From NCBI GenBank assembly GCA_951406725.2, contig OX597818.1:145576001-145640000 (forward strand): a stretch of 64,000 nt of DNA, read 5' to 3'. The position numbers were made by a program, and so were the translations under genes. Below, in pieces: positions 42,918-55,957 of the stretch. The stretch's first letter is position 1, and each line of letters starts with the position of its first letter. Source of the DNA: Octopus vulgaris (taxonomy: Eukaryota). Under the pieces are notes generated by a model that was given only the letters and a program-made list of their open reading frames with translations, was not told where the DNA came from and made no database searches.

Positions 42918-43214
42918 TAAGGTATATATATATGATTTTATTTTAGTTTAGTTCATTCCATTGCATTTCATTTCCGTGGAAATTTCGAAAAGTTTCTCTA
43001 CCTTTTGAATGAATATACGAAGTCACTATGTTTCATTTCATGTCACTTTATTATTATTACAAATGTGAATGTGAATATGAATGTATGTGTGTGTGTGTAC
43101 TTGTGTATGTGTGTGTGTGTGTGCGTATATATATATATATACACACACGCTCAATGCGAATTTTATACGATCTTGCAATTGCGTGTATATATATAAACAT
43201 ACATACATATATAT

Positions 43215-43275
<61 letters not shown>

Positions 43276-43277
<2 letters not shown>

Positions 43278-43575
43278 AAAGGAAATGAAGAAAATGCTGA
43301 CAAAATAATTTAAGAAATTTAAGTAATTTAATTAGGTGGAAGTTCTTTTTACCGGTTGCGCATTTGTTATGCTTATCAAAATATGTTTTTTTAAGAGAGA
43401 TAGAGTTACTTTCTGGTAGATTTGAGGAAAAAATCTATCAGAAAGTAACTCTATCTCTTAAAAAAACATCTTTTGATAAACATAACAAATGCGCAACTGG
43501 TAAAAAAGAACTTCCACCTAATTAAATTACTTAAATTACTTAAATTATTTTGTCAGCATTTTCTTCATTTCCTTT
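43276..43575. mobile_element. ~300-bp foldback element at (TA)n carrying a hammerhead-like variant in each arm
   Basis: Arms of about 145 bp are near-perfect reverse complements around 43426-43429. Confidence 0.8.
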
Positions 43576-43836
43576 TTTATATATCACAACTCGTGTTCCA
43601 CATCTCCTTTTTTAAATATATATATATATATATAATATTTTGGACTAATGGGTATATGTCGATTAGTGTGTTGAAGTGTTGAGTAGAGCACTGACATATT
43701 TTGGGCTACCTGGTGTCATCCAATGTTGGGGTATGTTTCTGTTGGATCTGCTTCAGGAATTCCGTAGTGTTAGTTGAGATAATGATAATAATTTTTTACG
43801 TATCGCGAAGATGGATTTGGTATTCATCTTCATTTT

Positions 43837-43945
43837 GTACAACGGTCGTTTCGACCCCTCCTGCTACTGACCCTTATTATGGGTGGGACCCAGTTCAACA
43901 TATGTCCCTTGCATCAAGTTTTGCAGTCAGAGTCTCATCAGGTGC
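43837..43945 (-). ncRNA. Type I hammerhead motif with long branched stem II
   Basis: Minus strand: gcac-CTGATGA-gactct...ggggtc-GAAA-cgaccg-TT-gtac. Confidence 0.65.
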
Positions 43946-44392
43946 GTCTATCCCTAAAGTTGTGTCTTGATAAAGATCCTGAGCTTTGGCTGTCATGTTG
44001 GTATATGCCCGTCTGGTTAGGTAATTATGTATATATGTGTGTGTATATATATATATAGATAAGTGTGTGTGTGTATACACTATATGTATATATTATACAC
44101 ACACTATATATGCATATATATATATATACACAAACATATAGACATACATTTATGTGTGTATTTATGTTTGTGCATGTCTGTGTATGTATGTATGTATGTA
44201 TGTATGTATGTATGTATGTGTGTGTGTATACATACATAAATGCCATTCAAAGGACCAATATGACCAATGTACGCAAGTGACCCGGCCGGGGAATGATGAT
44301 ATATACAAGATCTGTGTACGTGTATATATATGTGTGTGTGTGAGAGTGTGTGTGTTTGTGTGTGTGTGTGTGTGTATATATATGTATGTATG

Positions 44393-44431
<39 letters not shown>

Positions 44432-44443
44432 TCTGTATGTATG

Positions 44444-44482
<39 letters not shown>

Positions 44483-44778
44483 TGGAAGGTTTGGAGATGA
44501 TGTACAGGTATTTTATATTAGAAGAAATGAAGTACTCAGAAAATCGGATGGTTTATATTAACAGATATTTATTTGTATATTACATGTTTTTATACATCAT
44601 ATAACTTAGATCATGTATTAGCGCTTTCTCCCATTCTAGTGGGGTTTTCAAATCAAACTAAGTTCCTGTATGAAAAGTTTTGACCATTTTATAGTGGTAT
44701 TGAGTTTGTAGTGGTGGGGAGGAATATAAGACAGTACAAGAGGGTGATGGATGAGGAGAAAGTGAGACAGAGAGCATT

Positions 44779-44833
<55 letters not shown>

Positions 44834-45292
44834 CGTGTGTGTGTGTGTGTTTTTGTATTTGGAATGAGTGCGAAAGAAAAAGAGGGGAAGGGAGAGGGAA
44901 GAAGAAAATAATTTTTTTTTCCTCTGCTGGACAGAATACTTACTTCAAGGGGGGGTGTCTAAGATCTTGGGGGAAAAGAATTTCAGTTTTGACCATTTCA
45001 TAGTGTTATTGAGTGTGTAGTGGTGGGGAGGTAGACCATAAATTATATTTCTTTTTATCATTGTGAGAGAGTGTGTGTGTATTTAATGAGGGATGGTCAA
45101 ATGGTTTTTGGGGTTTAGAGAAGAAGAATTCTTTTTATGATTGTTTTGTGGAGGTGTGTGTGTCTGTGTGTCTGCGTGTCTGTGTGTGTGTGCGTGGGTG
45201 TATGTATGCCTCTCTCTCTCTCTATCTATATATATATGTATATATATGTATGTATATATAGGTATGTGTATGCATATATATAAGCATATGTA

Positions 45293-45337
<45 letters not shown>

Positions 45338-45348
45338 TATATAGAAGG

Positions 45349-45399
45349 AGCTTCTACAGGACTAGTACTGTTTCATTCAAGAGAAATCTTCAGGAAGCT
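45349..45399 (-). ncRNA. Type I hammerhead ribozyme (inverted terminal-repeat copy)
   Basis: Exact reverse complement of 50126-50176. Confidence 0.75.
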
Positions 45400-45571
45400 A
45401 TTTAACAAGAATTGTATTAGCATTTATACATTTAGGCAGGTTTAAAGGAGTGGTGGTGGGGGACTTTTTTGGGGGTAGGCATAGCGCAAAATATCATACT
45501 TGGGGGAGTGGTCAAGGAGTCAGTGGTAAGTTAGATGAAAGAATAGATAAATAAAAAAATAAAAAAATATA

Positions 45572-46698
45572 TTCACAGGCCTCTCCGGTGGTCTCTACCG
45601 AGATGACGGCCTTTTCGCCCTCCACAATATAAACCCCAGGACCACGGATGGGTTCCGGAAAAATCTTCACACCTTCTTTAAAAACTTAGGCCTTAGGATT
45701 ACCCTAGAATCCAACTTAACAAAGGCTAACTTCCTCGATGTCACCCTCGACTTAAAAACCTCACTTTATTACCCGTACCACAAACCAAATGAATCCCTTA
45801 GATATATAGATATCAATTCCAACCACCCCAAAAATATATTAGATAACCTAGTAAAAAGTGTCTCAATTAGAATCTCTAGCCTGTCCGCCACGGAAGATAT
45901 CTTTAAGGCCGCAGCCCCCTATTACAACGAGGCCCTGGCCCGCAGTGGTTTTAAAGATAAGATTACCTACACTAGTATAGCCCCACGCCAACCCAGGAAA
46001 AATAGACGAAGACACATTAGCTGGTACAACCCCCCTTCAACCGTGAGGTCGCTACACCTGTAGCTAAGATCTTTTTCACTCTCCTACAGAAACACTTCCC
46101 CACCCAACATAAGTACTACACTATCCTAAATAAGAACACTATTAGACTCTCCTACTCTACCACGCCCAATCTAGCCAGGAACCTAGCCAACAACAATGTG
46201 AAAAAACTTAACATATCTACTTTCTCCGGGGCCCATCCAACGTCCGATAGCAGTTGCAACTGCCATGATAAAACCACCTGCCCCCTCAACAACAACTGCC
46301 TACAGAGGGACCTAGTATATAAATGCGAGGTAAGATCAGGCCTTGACGATAAAAGTAAATCCTACATTGGAATGACGTCAAACAGCTTTAAGACCCGCTG
46401 GTACGCACACACACACTCGTTCCGGCGACAGGATAAATCCAACCAAACTACCCTCGCCGCCCACATCTGGTACCTTAAAAGGAACTCAATCCCCTTCAAG
46501 ACCAAGTGGAAACTACTACAGAAGGCGCGCTCGTACACAGGAGGACATACCTGCTGTGACCTATGCATATCAGAGAGCCTAGAGATCTTGTTCGCCAAAG
46601 GCCCTCTCCTTAACAAATTTTCAGAACACTCCCCAAATTGCATGCATAAGAAGTATGCGAACTACAAGAACTATAGACCTACCCGGCAACCTGATTGA
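45572..46698 (+). pseudogene. Penelope RT C-terminal half + GIY-YIG endonuclease, one frameshift
   Basis: GGLYRDDGLF, NFLDVTLDL, YHKPN..SNHP, WYNPP (frameshift in the C run near 46030), CNC..CPL..C, LVYKC..YIGMT..FKTRW..H and CDLCISE. Confidence 0.93.
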
Positions 46699-46923
46699 TG
46701 ACAACCCCCCCCCCTACAACCCCCCCAACCCCACTGTTCCCCTAGCACCCCCGATTACCTTTTCTCCTAAGACCTTTCACATATTGTATGTGCACGCTTG
46801 TATATGTGTATCGTATGTATGTATATATGTATAGAAATGCATGGGTACAGTAGGAATATACGCATGTATTATGTGTGTGTGTGTGTATGTATGCATGTAA
46901 AAATATATATATGTATATATATT

Positions 46924-46960
<37 letters not shown>

Positions 46961-47087
46961 GCTTGTATGTGTGTGTGTGTGTGTATATATGTATATGTGT
47001 TTGTATGTATATGTGTATATACGTATATGCATATGTATGTGTAAATGTATGTGTTTATGTATGTGTATGTATGTATAAAATATTATA

Positions 47088-47297
47088 TAATTAGGGCTTA
47101 GTAAAATAAAATAAATTACTTTGCCACATACTAAACTTTCTAGAAATAGCAGCCAATAAAGTTTTTTAGCCTCTTCCACTACTTAGAGAATTTTTTTCCC
47201 TCTAACATTGTTTACTCAAAATAATAATGGTCCCTTTACATACTGAATACTTGGTGAAATTGATTAATAACTAATTAACTTTACCCTCCCTTGTTGA
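47088..47297. mobile_element. Rearranged copy of the 4124-4499 element nested in the Penelope 3' region
   Basis: Segment ttagggcttagtaaaata...tactcaaaata is followed by an inverted copy of 4124-4198. Confidence 0.8.
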
Positions 47298-47602
47298 TAT
47301 ATATATATGTATATGTGTACATGTATGTATATATGTGTGTGTGTGTATGTGTGTATGTATGTATTTGTATATGTGTGTGTGTATATGTATGTGTGCGCGT
47401 GTGTGTGTATGTATGTGTATGTATATTTGTATATGTATATGCATGTATATATATGTGTGTGTATATGTGTATTATGTATGTATTTATATAGATATGTAAT
47501 TTATATATATATATATGTATGTATATGCATCTGTCTGTGTGTGTGTATGTGTATATATGTGTATCATTATTGTGTATGTATACATGTATATGTGTATATG
47601 TA

Positions 47603-47671
<69 letters not shown>

Positions 47672-47754
47672 ATGTACATGTATATATATATGTGTGTATA
47701 TATATATATGTTTATATGTGAGTATGTAGAGATATAAGTATATGCATGTGTATA

Positions 47755-47785
<31 letters not shown>

Positions 47786-47954
47786 GTATGGGTATGTGTA
47801 TCAGTGTATATGTATATATGTATGTGTGTGTATGTATATGTATGTATATGTGTATATATGTATGTGTATATGTGTATATATGTGTATATATATGTATGTA
47901 TGTGTATGTGTATGTATATGTATATGTGTGTGTATATGTATGTGTATATATGTA

Positions 47955-48002
<48 letters not shown>

Positions 48003-48010
48003 TGCGCGTG

Positions 48011-48438
48011 TGTGTATGTATGCATATATGTATGTATGCATGTATATGTGTATGTATATATGTGTGTAAGTGTGTGCATATATATATATGTAAGTATGTG
48101 TGCGTGTATGAGTATGTATGTATGCTTGCACACGTGTATATATATATGTGTGTGTGTGTATATATATGGATGCGCGTGCGTGTGTGCACGTGTATGGGTA
48201 CGCATGTATATGTGTATGTGCGTGTATGTGTATGTATGCATATATGTATGTATGCATGTATATGTGTATGTATATATGTGTGTAAGTGTGTGCATATATG
48301 TATATGTAAGTATGTGTGCGTGTATGAGTATGTATGTATGCTTGCACACGTGTATATATCTGTGTGTGTGTATATATATGGATGCGCGTGCGTGTGTGCA
48401 CGTGTATGGGTACGCATGTATATGTGTATGTGCGTGTA
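48011..48438. repeat. Tandem duplication of a ~215-bp TG/TA-rich unit
   Basis: Anchors gcttgcacacg (48124, 48340) and ggatgcgcgtg (48168, 48380). Confidence 0.9.
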
Positions 48439-48493
48439 TGTGTATACGTGTATGTATGTATGTGTGTGCGTATATTTGTATATGTATGTGTGA

Positions 48494-48532
<39 letters not shown>

Positions 48533-48742
48533 TGGGTGTGTGTATGCGTATAAATGCATGTAAGTATGGATGTATGGATGTATGTATGTATGTATACGTA
48601 TGTATGTGTTTGTGTGTATATGTATGTATGTGTGTGTATGTGTGTATATATATATATATGTATATATGTTTGTGTATGTATATATATGTGTATGTATGTG
48701 TGTGTATATATATATGTGTGTATGTGTATGTATGTATATATG

Positions 48743-48775
<33 letters not shown>

Positions 48776-49237
48776 GTATATATATATATACATGGCCTCA
48801 GCCGGATGGCTGAAACAAGTAAAAGAGTAAAAGAGTAAAGAGTATAGGTATGTATCTGTATGTAGGAGTATATGTGTGTGTGTGTATGTATATGTGTATA
48901 TATATATATATGTATATTTATTGGTGTATATGTATAGACTAGCCTCCTAAAGTGTAGACACGAATCTGTAGGTACGAGTACGTATGTGTATATACGTGAA
49001 CGTATGTAGATGTTTGTATGTATGAATATAACGCGTGCGTACGTGTATGTGTATGAGTGTACGAATGGGTGAATGTACGTGCTAATGAGTGTGCGTGCGG
49101 GAATGAGTACTTGCCTTCTAGTAGACAGACAAATGGACATGCTGCCACAGCCAGGATCCTTAGCTCTAGCGATCAAAGATAACAAAAGTAATAAATGAAG
49201 ATAATAAAATTAAAATTAGGGAATGGGCCTGTATTGG

Positions 49238-49288
<51 letters not shown>

Positions 49289-49712
49289 GTGTATGTGTAG
49301 GTATGTATAGGTACACATGTGTATGTGTATGTGTATGTGTGTGTGTATATGTATGTATGTGCACACATGTATATATATGTATGCGTGTATATGTATATAT
49401 ATATATATATATATATGTACATATGTGTATGTGGGTGTATGTATATATAGGTGTAAATATGTGTATATAGGGAACTAGGTGTGTTGTGTGTGCATGAGTG
49501 TATGTGCGTATGAATATATATTTTTCTGTGTATATATGTATGTGTGGTCGTGGGTATATATATACATGTGTGTATGCGTGCATGCATGGGAGTGAGTGTA
49601 TGCATATATACGTGTGTGTATGTGTAGACAGGTATATGCATGTGCATGTGTATAAATTTGTATATGTGGGCGGGTGTATGTATGTGTGTATGTAGATATG
49701 TATGTATATGTG

Positions 49713-49759
<47 letters not shown>

Positions 49760-50125
49760 ATATATGTGTGTGTAGATACGTATACATATGTGTATAGGTA
49801 TAAGTGAGAATCTCCTTATTTACCTATAACCCTATCCCCCCTTTTTTTATATATATATTTTTTTATATATATATATATTTTTTATATATATTTTTTATTT
49901 TTTTATTTTTTTATTTTTTTATTTTTTTATTTATTTTTTTATTTTTTTATTTTTTTATTTTTTTATTTTTTTATTTATCTATTCTTTCATCTAACTTACC
50001 ACTGACTCCTTGACCACTCCCCCAAGTATGATATTTTGCGCTATGCCTACCCCCAAAAAAGTCCCCCACCACCACTCCTTTAAACCTGCCTAAATGTATA
50101 AATGCTAATACAATTCTTGTTAAAT

Positions 50126-50176
50126 AGCTTCCTGAAGATTTCTCTTGAATGAAACAGTACTAGTCCTGTAGAAGCT
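50126..50176 (+). ncRNA. Type I hammerhead ribozyme in the Penelope terminal repeat
   Basis: agcttc-CTGAAGA-tttctcttgaat-GAAA-cagtactagtcctg-TA-gaagct. 6-bp stem I, near-palindromic stem III, GUA site at 50170. Confidence 0.8.
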
Positions 50177-50256
50177 CCTTCTATATAATAAATTAATTTT
50201 ACTCTGCTATGTATTGAGTACCTTACTTACTGTGGTTAACCCCGAATCAACCCGGG

Positions 50257-50301
<45 letters not shown>

Positions 50302-51904
50302 CGTAATATATATATATATATATATATATATCATGTTATTAAGGGGATAAACTTCGTGACTTGAAATTTCATATTTGGAATTAATATCCAACAGATCGTT
50401 AGAAGAATAAACACAACTGCTCAATGCGAATTTTGTTGCAATTACGATCTTGCAATTTTTGAATTCAATTTACAATGTTCCGCTACTAAAATTGCCGTCA
50501 TCATGAATTATTTCACTCCATTCAATGCTTTATATTCTCCAGTTTTGTTCATGAAAATGTCTACAATCTATTATCTGCCTGTCTATATAAATATATTTTA
50601 TGATTTTGCTGAGGCATAACAACTCTAATAACCTGTTCTTAGAACTTGATATACGTGCTCTTCAGAGGAAAACTTTCAGTGAGTATAGAACATAAAATGA
50701 AATTAATTAAATGAGAGGGGAACATGAATTACCCAATCGACTTCATTAGCTTACATCTTTTTCTTCTAAGAGAAAAGAAAACTCAGAGCTGTGTGCTTCT
50801 TCGGAATGTTTTAAATGACGCCTATGTTTATTTGGGAAAGCGTTTAAATACATGTATACAATATCTAAGGTGATGTACTGGTTCTTACATGTATATGTGT
50901 GTGTGTAAATAACAGTAGCTTTATAGACAGGGCAAATTTAGCTATTTCTCCGTAGATTATGAAAACACGATGAACAATCTTAATCGATTTTCGAACATTA
51001 CTGGGTCCTAATAAGAGGTTCCACATCAATCAGACCAATACCCGAGAAACAAGCACCCAATCTATTTATATACTCAGCTGATCTATGGCAGCAGAATACT
51101 GGGGCTTCTATTTTGCATACCATAAGTACTTAAAATTTTATTTGAATATCAGAGGTCTGCCAACGGGGATCTCAGTCCACTTAGTATGAAGGTATGATAT
51201 AATATATGTAACCTATATAGTAGATATATAAACAAAGCGAATGTTGCTGTTTTTCTGTAGATAAAAAAGAAAAAATGATGTATGTATATATGCATGCATT
51301 TTATTATAACGGTGGCTATGCACAGATATATATTTTGAGATTTCGATTAGTATTAATCTCAAGAAAATAAAAAAAAGAAACGATAGTCTCGAAGCCATCC
51401 TGAAATCTGAGATCTTTACAATTTATTATGACGCCTTCGACTATCTACGGGACAAAATGTGAGGGGGAAGAATTATGAGTATATTAACTAGTATGTTTCG
51501 GTTTTGCATTTGGTTTGAAAGATTTTTCAAATGACCTCATGTGTAAAAACATATTTTGTTGCATCTCAGGCGGGTCATTATGCCAATAATAAATACATGC
51601 ACTGTTTCTGTTATTTCACTTCTTTCATAATTATTTGTCAATTGATTAATAATAATGATTAACTAATCAACAGATTAGTTAAATAACCAATTAACTAATC
51701 TACTGATTGATTTATCGCTCAGACAATGTATCAGTCAAGTAGGTGTGTCAGAGTCCTATCATGGCCATACGCTAAGAGAGATCTGGAGTAGACTTGGTGT
51801 AGAGATCGCCCCGCCTTCACACAGCACACATATTGTATCACATATATCATATAATACGTATGCACCTCATGTGCATATATATGTGTGTGTGCATACATAT
51901 ATAT

Positions 51905-51947
<43 letters not shown>

Positions 51948-51956
51948 CAGAGAGAG

Positions 51957-51992
<36 letters not shown>

Positions 51993-52565
51993 GTATCTAG
52001 GGAGAATCGTAATGCCAAAATTATTAACACACGCACTGGTTCAATTCCACTCCTTTATCGTCAGTCAATTGGTTAAATATCCAACAAACTAATCGATTGT
52101 TTGCTTAATTTGGTTAAATAGTAAGTCATTTGTTTAGTTTTTGTTTATCAGATTAAACAAACAATCGATTATTTAGTTAACCAAGTGACTAATAATAAAG
52201 GATTCTCCCTAGGCACGAAAACAAGACAAATTCACATAAAGAATTCATGTATATCTACAACCCAGATACAAAAGCGAAATTTATATATATATAGCAAAAA
52301 TTTAGATTCAGATGAATGTGGTACTTCAGTTGTGTCACCAGAATTTAGTACGGTATTATCCATAACATTTCAAAGTAAGGTGATTAAAATCAAAATAAGC
52401 AACAACGATATCTAGAGGTAATGCAGTACGATCGTTTCATGCAACTCCATTTAATGAACAATGTAATCATTACATCAATTTAAAATTGCTGTAATGATTG
52501 CATTCAATTAAATGGTCGTCTTGCATTACCTCTGGGTATCCTTGTTGCTTATTTTCATTATATAT

Positions 52566-52647
<82 letters not shown>

Positions 52648-52654
52648 GTATATA

Positions 52655-52723
<69 letters not shown>

Positions 52724-53467
52724 ATAAAACGGTAAGATAACAAAAGAAAGAAAGAGACCTCAATATTATGTAAATAGAGGAAACATATATATATGTGTGT
52801 GTTTGTGTGTGCGCGTGTATGTGCACATTTAATGTGCTAATATACCCGCAGTTTGAACGCAGGGATCTGAGAGCCAGAACACTTACTGCAATGCATCTAT
52901 CTCTCGTTCTCAATATGAGATTCAACTAATCGACCGCCATACACACACATGCAGACATATGCAATTGTACATATGCATATGGACACTATCAGTATATACA
53001 CACATGCGTGTACGTATGTGAAGATGTTTGGTTATATATGCGTATGTGTGTGCGCGTGCATGTGCTTGCAAGTGCGTGCATATATATCCGTGTGAGTGTG
53101 TAGGATGAAAGAATGCAACACTGCCGATGCTGAGACCCGTGTAATCACAAAAAGAAAAATTTACATACACATGCACATATGCGGGCACACACACACACAC
53201 ACACACATACATCCATTTTGGTTTCTGATTACGTTTACAGCAGCGGTTGTTAAACACCAATATTACTCATGGTGTATCGTGTGTCCCGTAACTTGGAACT
53301 TCGACGGATAGAAACACTAAATTAAACAGCTAACTTAACCGGGTATCGGGGTCGATGAGATCAGATAGAAACAACTGAAGGCAAGGATCAGGGTAAAGTG
53401 TAAAAATAAAGTTCATGTATTACGGGTGTGAATTGTGTGTTCCCTTATATATCTGTATATCAGTATA

Positions 53468-54360
53468 TACGAGGTCTGATCGATAAGTGTCCGAACTGTT
53501 GTCATAGTAACGAAGCTAAAGCATGCAGAGTGAAACTGCTTGGCACAGGTTGACCACGAACTCTGATGAGCATGCGCACTAAGTTTTAACGTTCTAGCTC
53601 ACTTCCGTTGTTTATAACAGTGCTTTGAAGGAAGGTGTGTAGCGTTTGATCGTCGCATTGACCATGACAGAGAAAGTTGTGATGGTGATACCCGTTCAGA
53701 GGTCTGCGCAAAGTTGCAGAAAGTGTATGGAGAGGAGTGTATGAGCCGCATACAAGTGTACGAGTCGTTCAGACGTTTTCAAGATGGCCGAAAATGTTGA
53801 TATTGACGAACGTTCTGGAAGACCCGCAACCAGCAGAACTGAGGAAAACATAGCAGATGTGCGTGCAGCTGAGAGGAGAAATCGTCGAATCGCCATCTGT
53901 GAGTTATCAGAGAATGTGTAGAGTAGTTACGGTTCAGTTCAGTCCATTATCACTGAAGATTTGGGTATGAGACACACGCCTGCCAAGATTGTGCCAAAAC
54001 TGCTTTCAGCTGACCAAGAAGACACTTGGGTTTCAGTTGCATAAGATCTCCTTGATTGTGTCGAGAACGATGAAAAGTTTTTGAAAACTTCGTGTAGGCC
54101 TCTGAGAAGGTATCGCCAAGCTTTTAACAAAACTTGATGCAGATTCTCTGCTCATCTTTCTATGTGATGATCAATGCGACGATTACACGCTACGCGCGTT
54201 ACTTCCAAGCGCTTCTGTAAACAGCAGACGTGAGCTACAACGTTAAAAGTTAGTATGCATGCACATCAGAGGTCAAGTTCAATCTGTGCCAAGCGGCCTC
54301 ACTCTGTTTGCTTTAGCTTTGTAACTATGGCAACAGTCCGGATATTTATTGATCAGACCA
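53468..54360 (+). mobile_element. Non-autonomous mariner derivative (copy 2)
   Basis: TIR tacgaggtctgatcgataagtgtccgaactg / cagtccggatatttattgatcagacc. Colinear with 23974-24871 in the opposite orientation. Confidence 0.9.
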
Positions 54361-54404
54361 CACACACATACACACACTCTCTCTCTCACACACACACACA
54401 CACA

Positions 54405-54493
<89 letters not shown>

Positions 54494-54498
<5 letters not shown>

Positions 54499-54962
54499 AA
54501 GTAAATCAATGGTACAACAAGGCACCGATATTTACTGGAAAATAGCAATCGTAATAGATACGACGCTATTGTATAGCTTCACTGCGTATATACTAGCAAA
54601 GATGCGTGTGTGCAACAAACATGAAAAAAATTTATCTTACCTCTAGGAAGAACATCTGAAAAATGGAAAACCTAGAATCGGATAATGCAGGACCGGTTTC
54701 AGACTCTTCAAATACGTTTGACAACGTAGATTTGATTTGTCTTCATCAGCTGCATATACCTAGACAATATTTCAAATGTTGCCACATCTATGCCAGTACA
54801 CTCGTCTGATGCCAAAACGTTAACAGAACGATAACAGTGAAGAAGTTTCAATGAAAATAATAATGCAATACGAAAGTATTGCTTTCCAGTAAAAGATAGC
54901 TCGTAAGGGTAAAATTATACATATAAAAGTAAATAAATGGTACAACAAGGCACCGATATTTA
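54494..54962 (-). mobile_element. ~430-bp non-coding unit with terminal direct repeat and hammerhead (retrozyme-like or solo Penelope terminal repeat)
   Basis: gtaaat(c/a)aatggtacaacaaggcaccgatattta at 54501-54534 and 54929-54962. (TA)n flanks. Confidence 0.7.
54685..54755 (-). ncRNA. Canonical type I hammerhead ribozyme with extended stem II
   Basis: Minus strand: atgcag-CTGATGA-agac-aaa-tcaaat-ct-acgtt-gtca-aacgt-atttga-aga-gtct-GAAA-ccgg-TC-ctgcat. All core bases intact, GUC site. Confidence 0.9.
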
Positions 54963-54978
54963 TTTTTATATGTATTAC

Positions 54979-55048
<70 letters not shown>

Positions 55049-55085
55049 GTAGATAGATAGATACATACATACATACATACATACA

Positions 55086-55116
<31 letters not shown>

Positions 55117-55907
55117 CGACATACATACATATATACATACATAAAAATATACATATAAACACACACACCCGCAGAAAGACATATACACATACACACGCGC
55201 GCACATCTCACAATAAACAAGAAAAGATCGTCGATAACCTAAATGTATTTAATACATGTGTTTCTTATAGTTATATTAGATAATCTTTACGTAATGTTAC
55301 TTTCTTCAGTCGATATTTTAAGATATAAATGGTAAACAAATATTTGCCCTATACATAGAAGTTAGTGGAATGGTCAGAGATATATCGCCTTAAAGAAGAG
55401 AGGAAGAGGGGAAGGGGATGGAAGAAAAGAGAAAATGAAATGTATGTAGGAGAAGATGGCTGGTGTAAGGTGGATGTGTAACGGGAAGACACAAGCATAA
55501 TTACATAAGAATAGGAGATGGGAAATTCAAGTATATAGGTAGATAATAACATGGTGAAACGGCCAATGTTTTTGGATGGCAGAGAATCAGCCGAAGAAGA
55601 AAAGAAAGAGAGGAAAGGGAAGATGAAGAAAAAGAACGGAGGAAAAAGAGGAGGTGATAAAGGAAGGAAAGAATGAAATGTAAGAAGAGAAGGCGGAGGA
55701 AGATGAGGAGCAGGAGAGGAGGTGCAAGAGGAGGTGGAGGAGGAGAAGAAGAAGAAGAAGAAGAAGAAGAAGAAGAAGAAGAAGAAAGAGAAAGAGAAAA
55801 GTGTAGATAGGTGACATATAAATGTGTGCTTGTATGTATATATTTATATATATGTATATATTTATATATATGTATATATTTATATATATGCATGTATATA
55901 TACACCA

Positions 55908-55945
<38 letters not shown>

Positions 55946-55957
55946 GTCTTTTATATT

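Larger units (their letters stand above)
45332..50260 (+). mobile_element. 5'-truncated Penelope-like element with inverted terminal-repeat copy at its 5' end
   Basis: RT plus GIY-YIG at 45572-46698. 45332-45569 is the reverse complement of about 49957-50193. (TA)n on both flanks. Confidence 0.9.

Noticed and set aside
47281-49185. 634-aa ORF and the many YI/HT/VC-rich ORFs throughout the window
   Set aside because: Translations of TA/CA/TG microsatellites that lack stop codons. No domain content.
50395-50478. RR-INTTAQCEFCCNYDLAIFEFNLQC as the insulin A-chain partner for the 27784 exon
   Set aside because: Lacks the middle Cys of CC-x3-C-x8-C, the splice phase does not match, and part of the DNA resembles 43149-43179, suggesting a repeat.
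50955-51190. Exon-like segment with good acceptor and donor
   Set aside because: All three frames contain stops. It could only be non-coding, and there is no support for that.
51490-51555. Hammerhead-like hairpin on the minus strand
   Set aside because: The core reads CACATGA (U4 and G5 lost) and there is no stem I.
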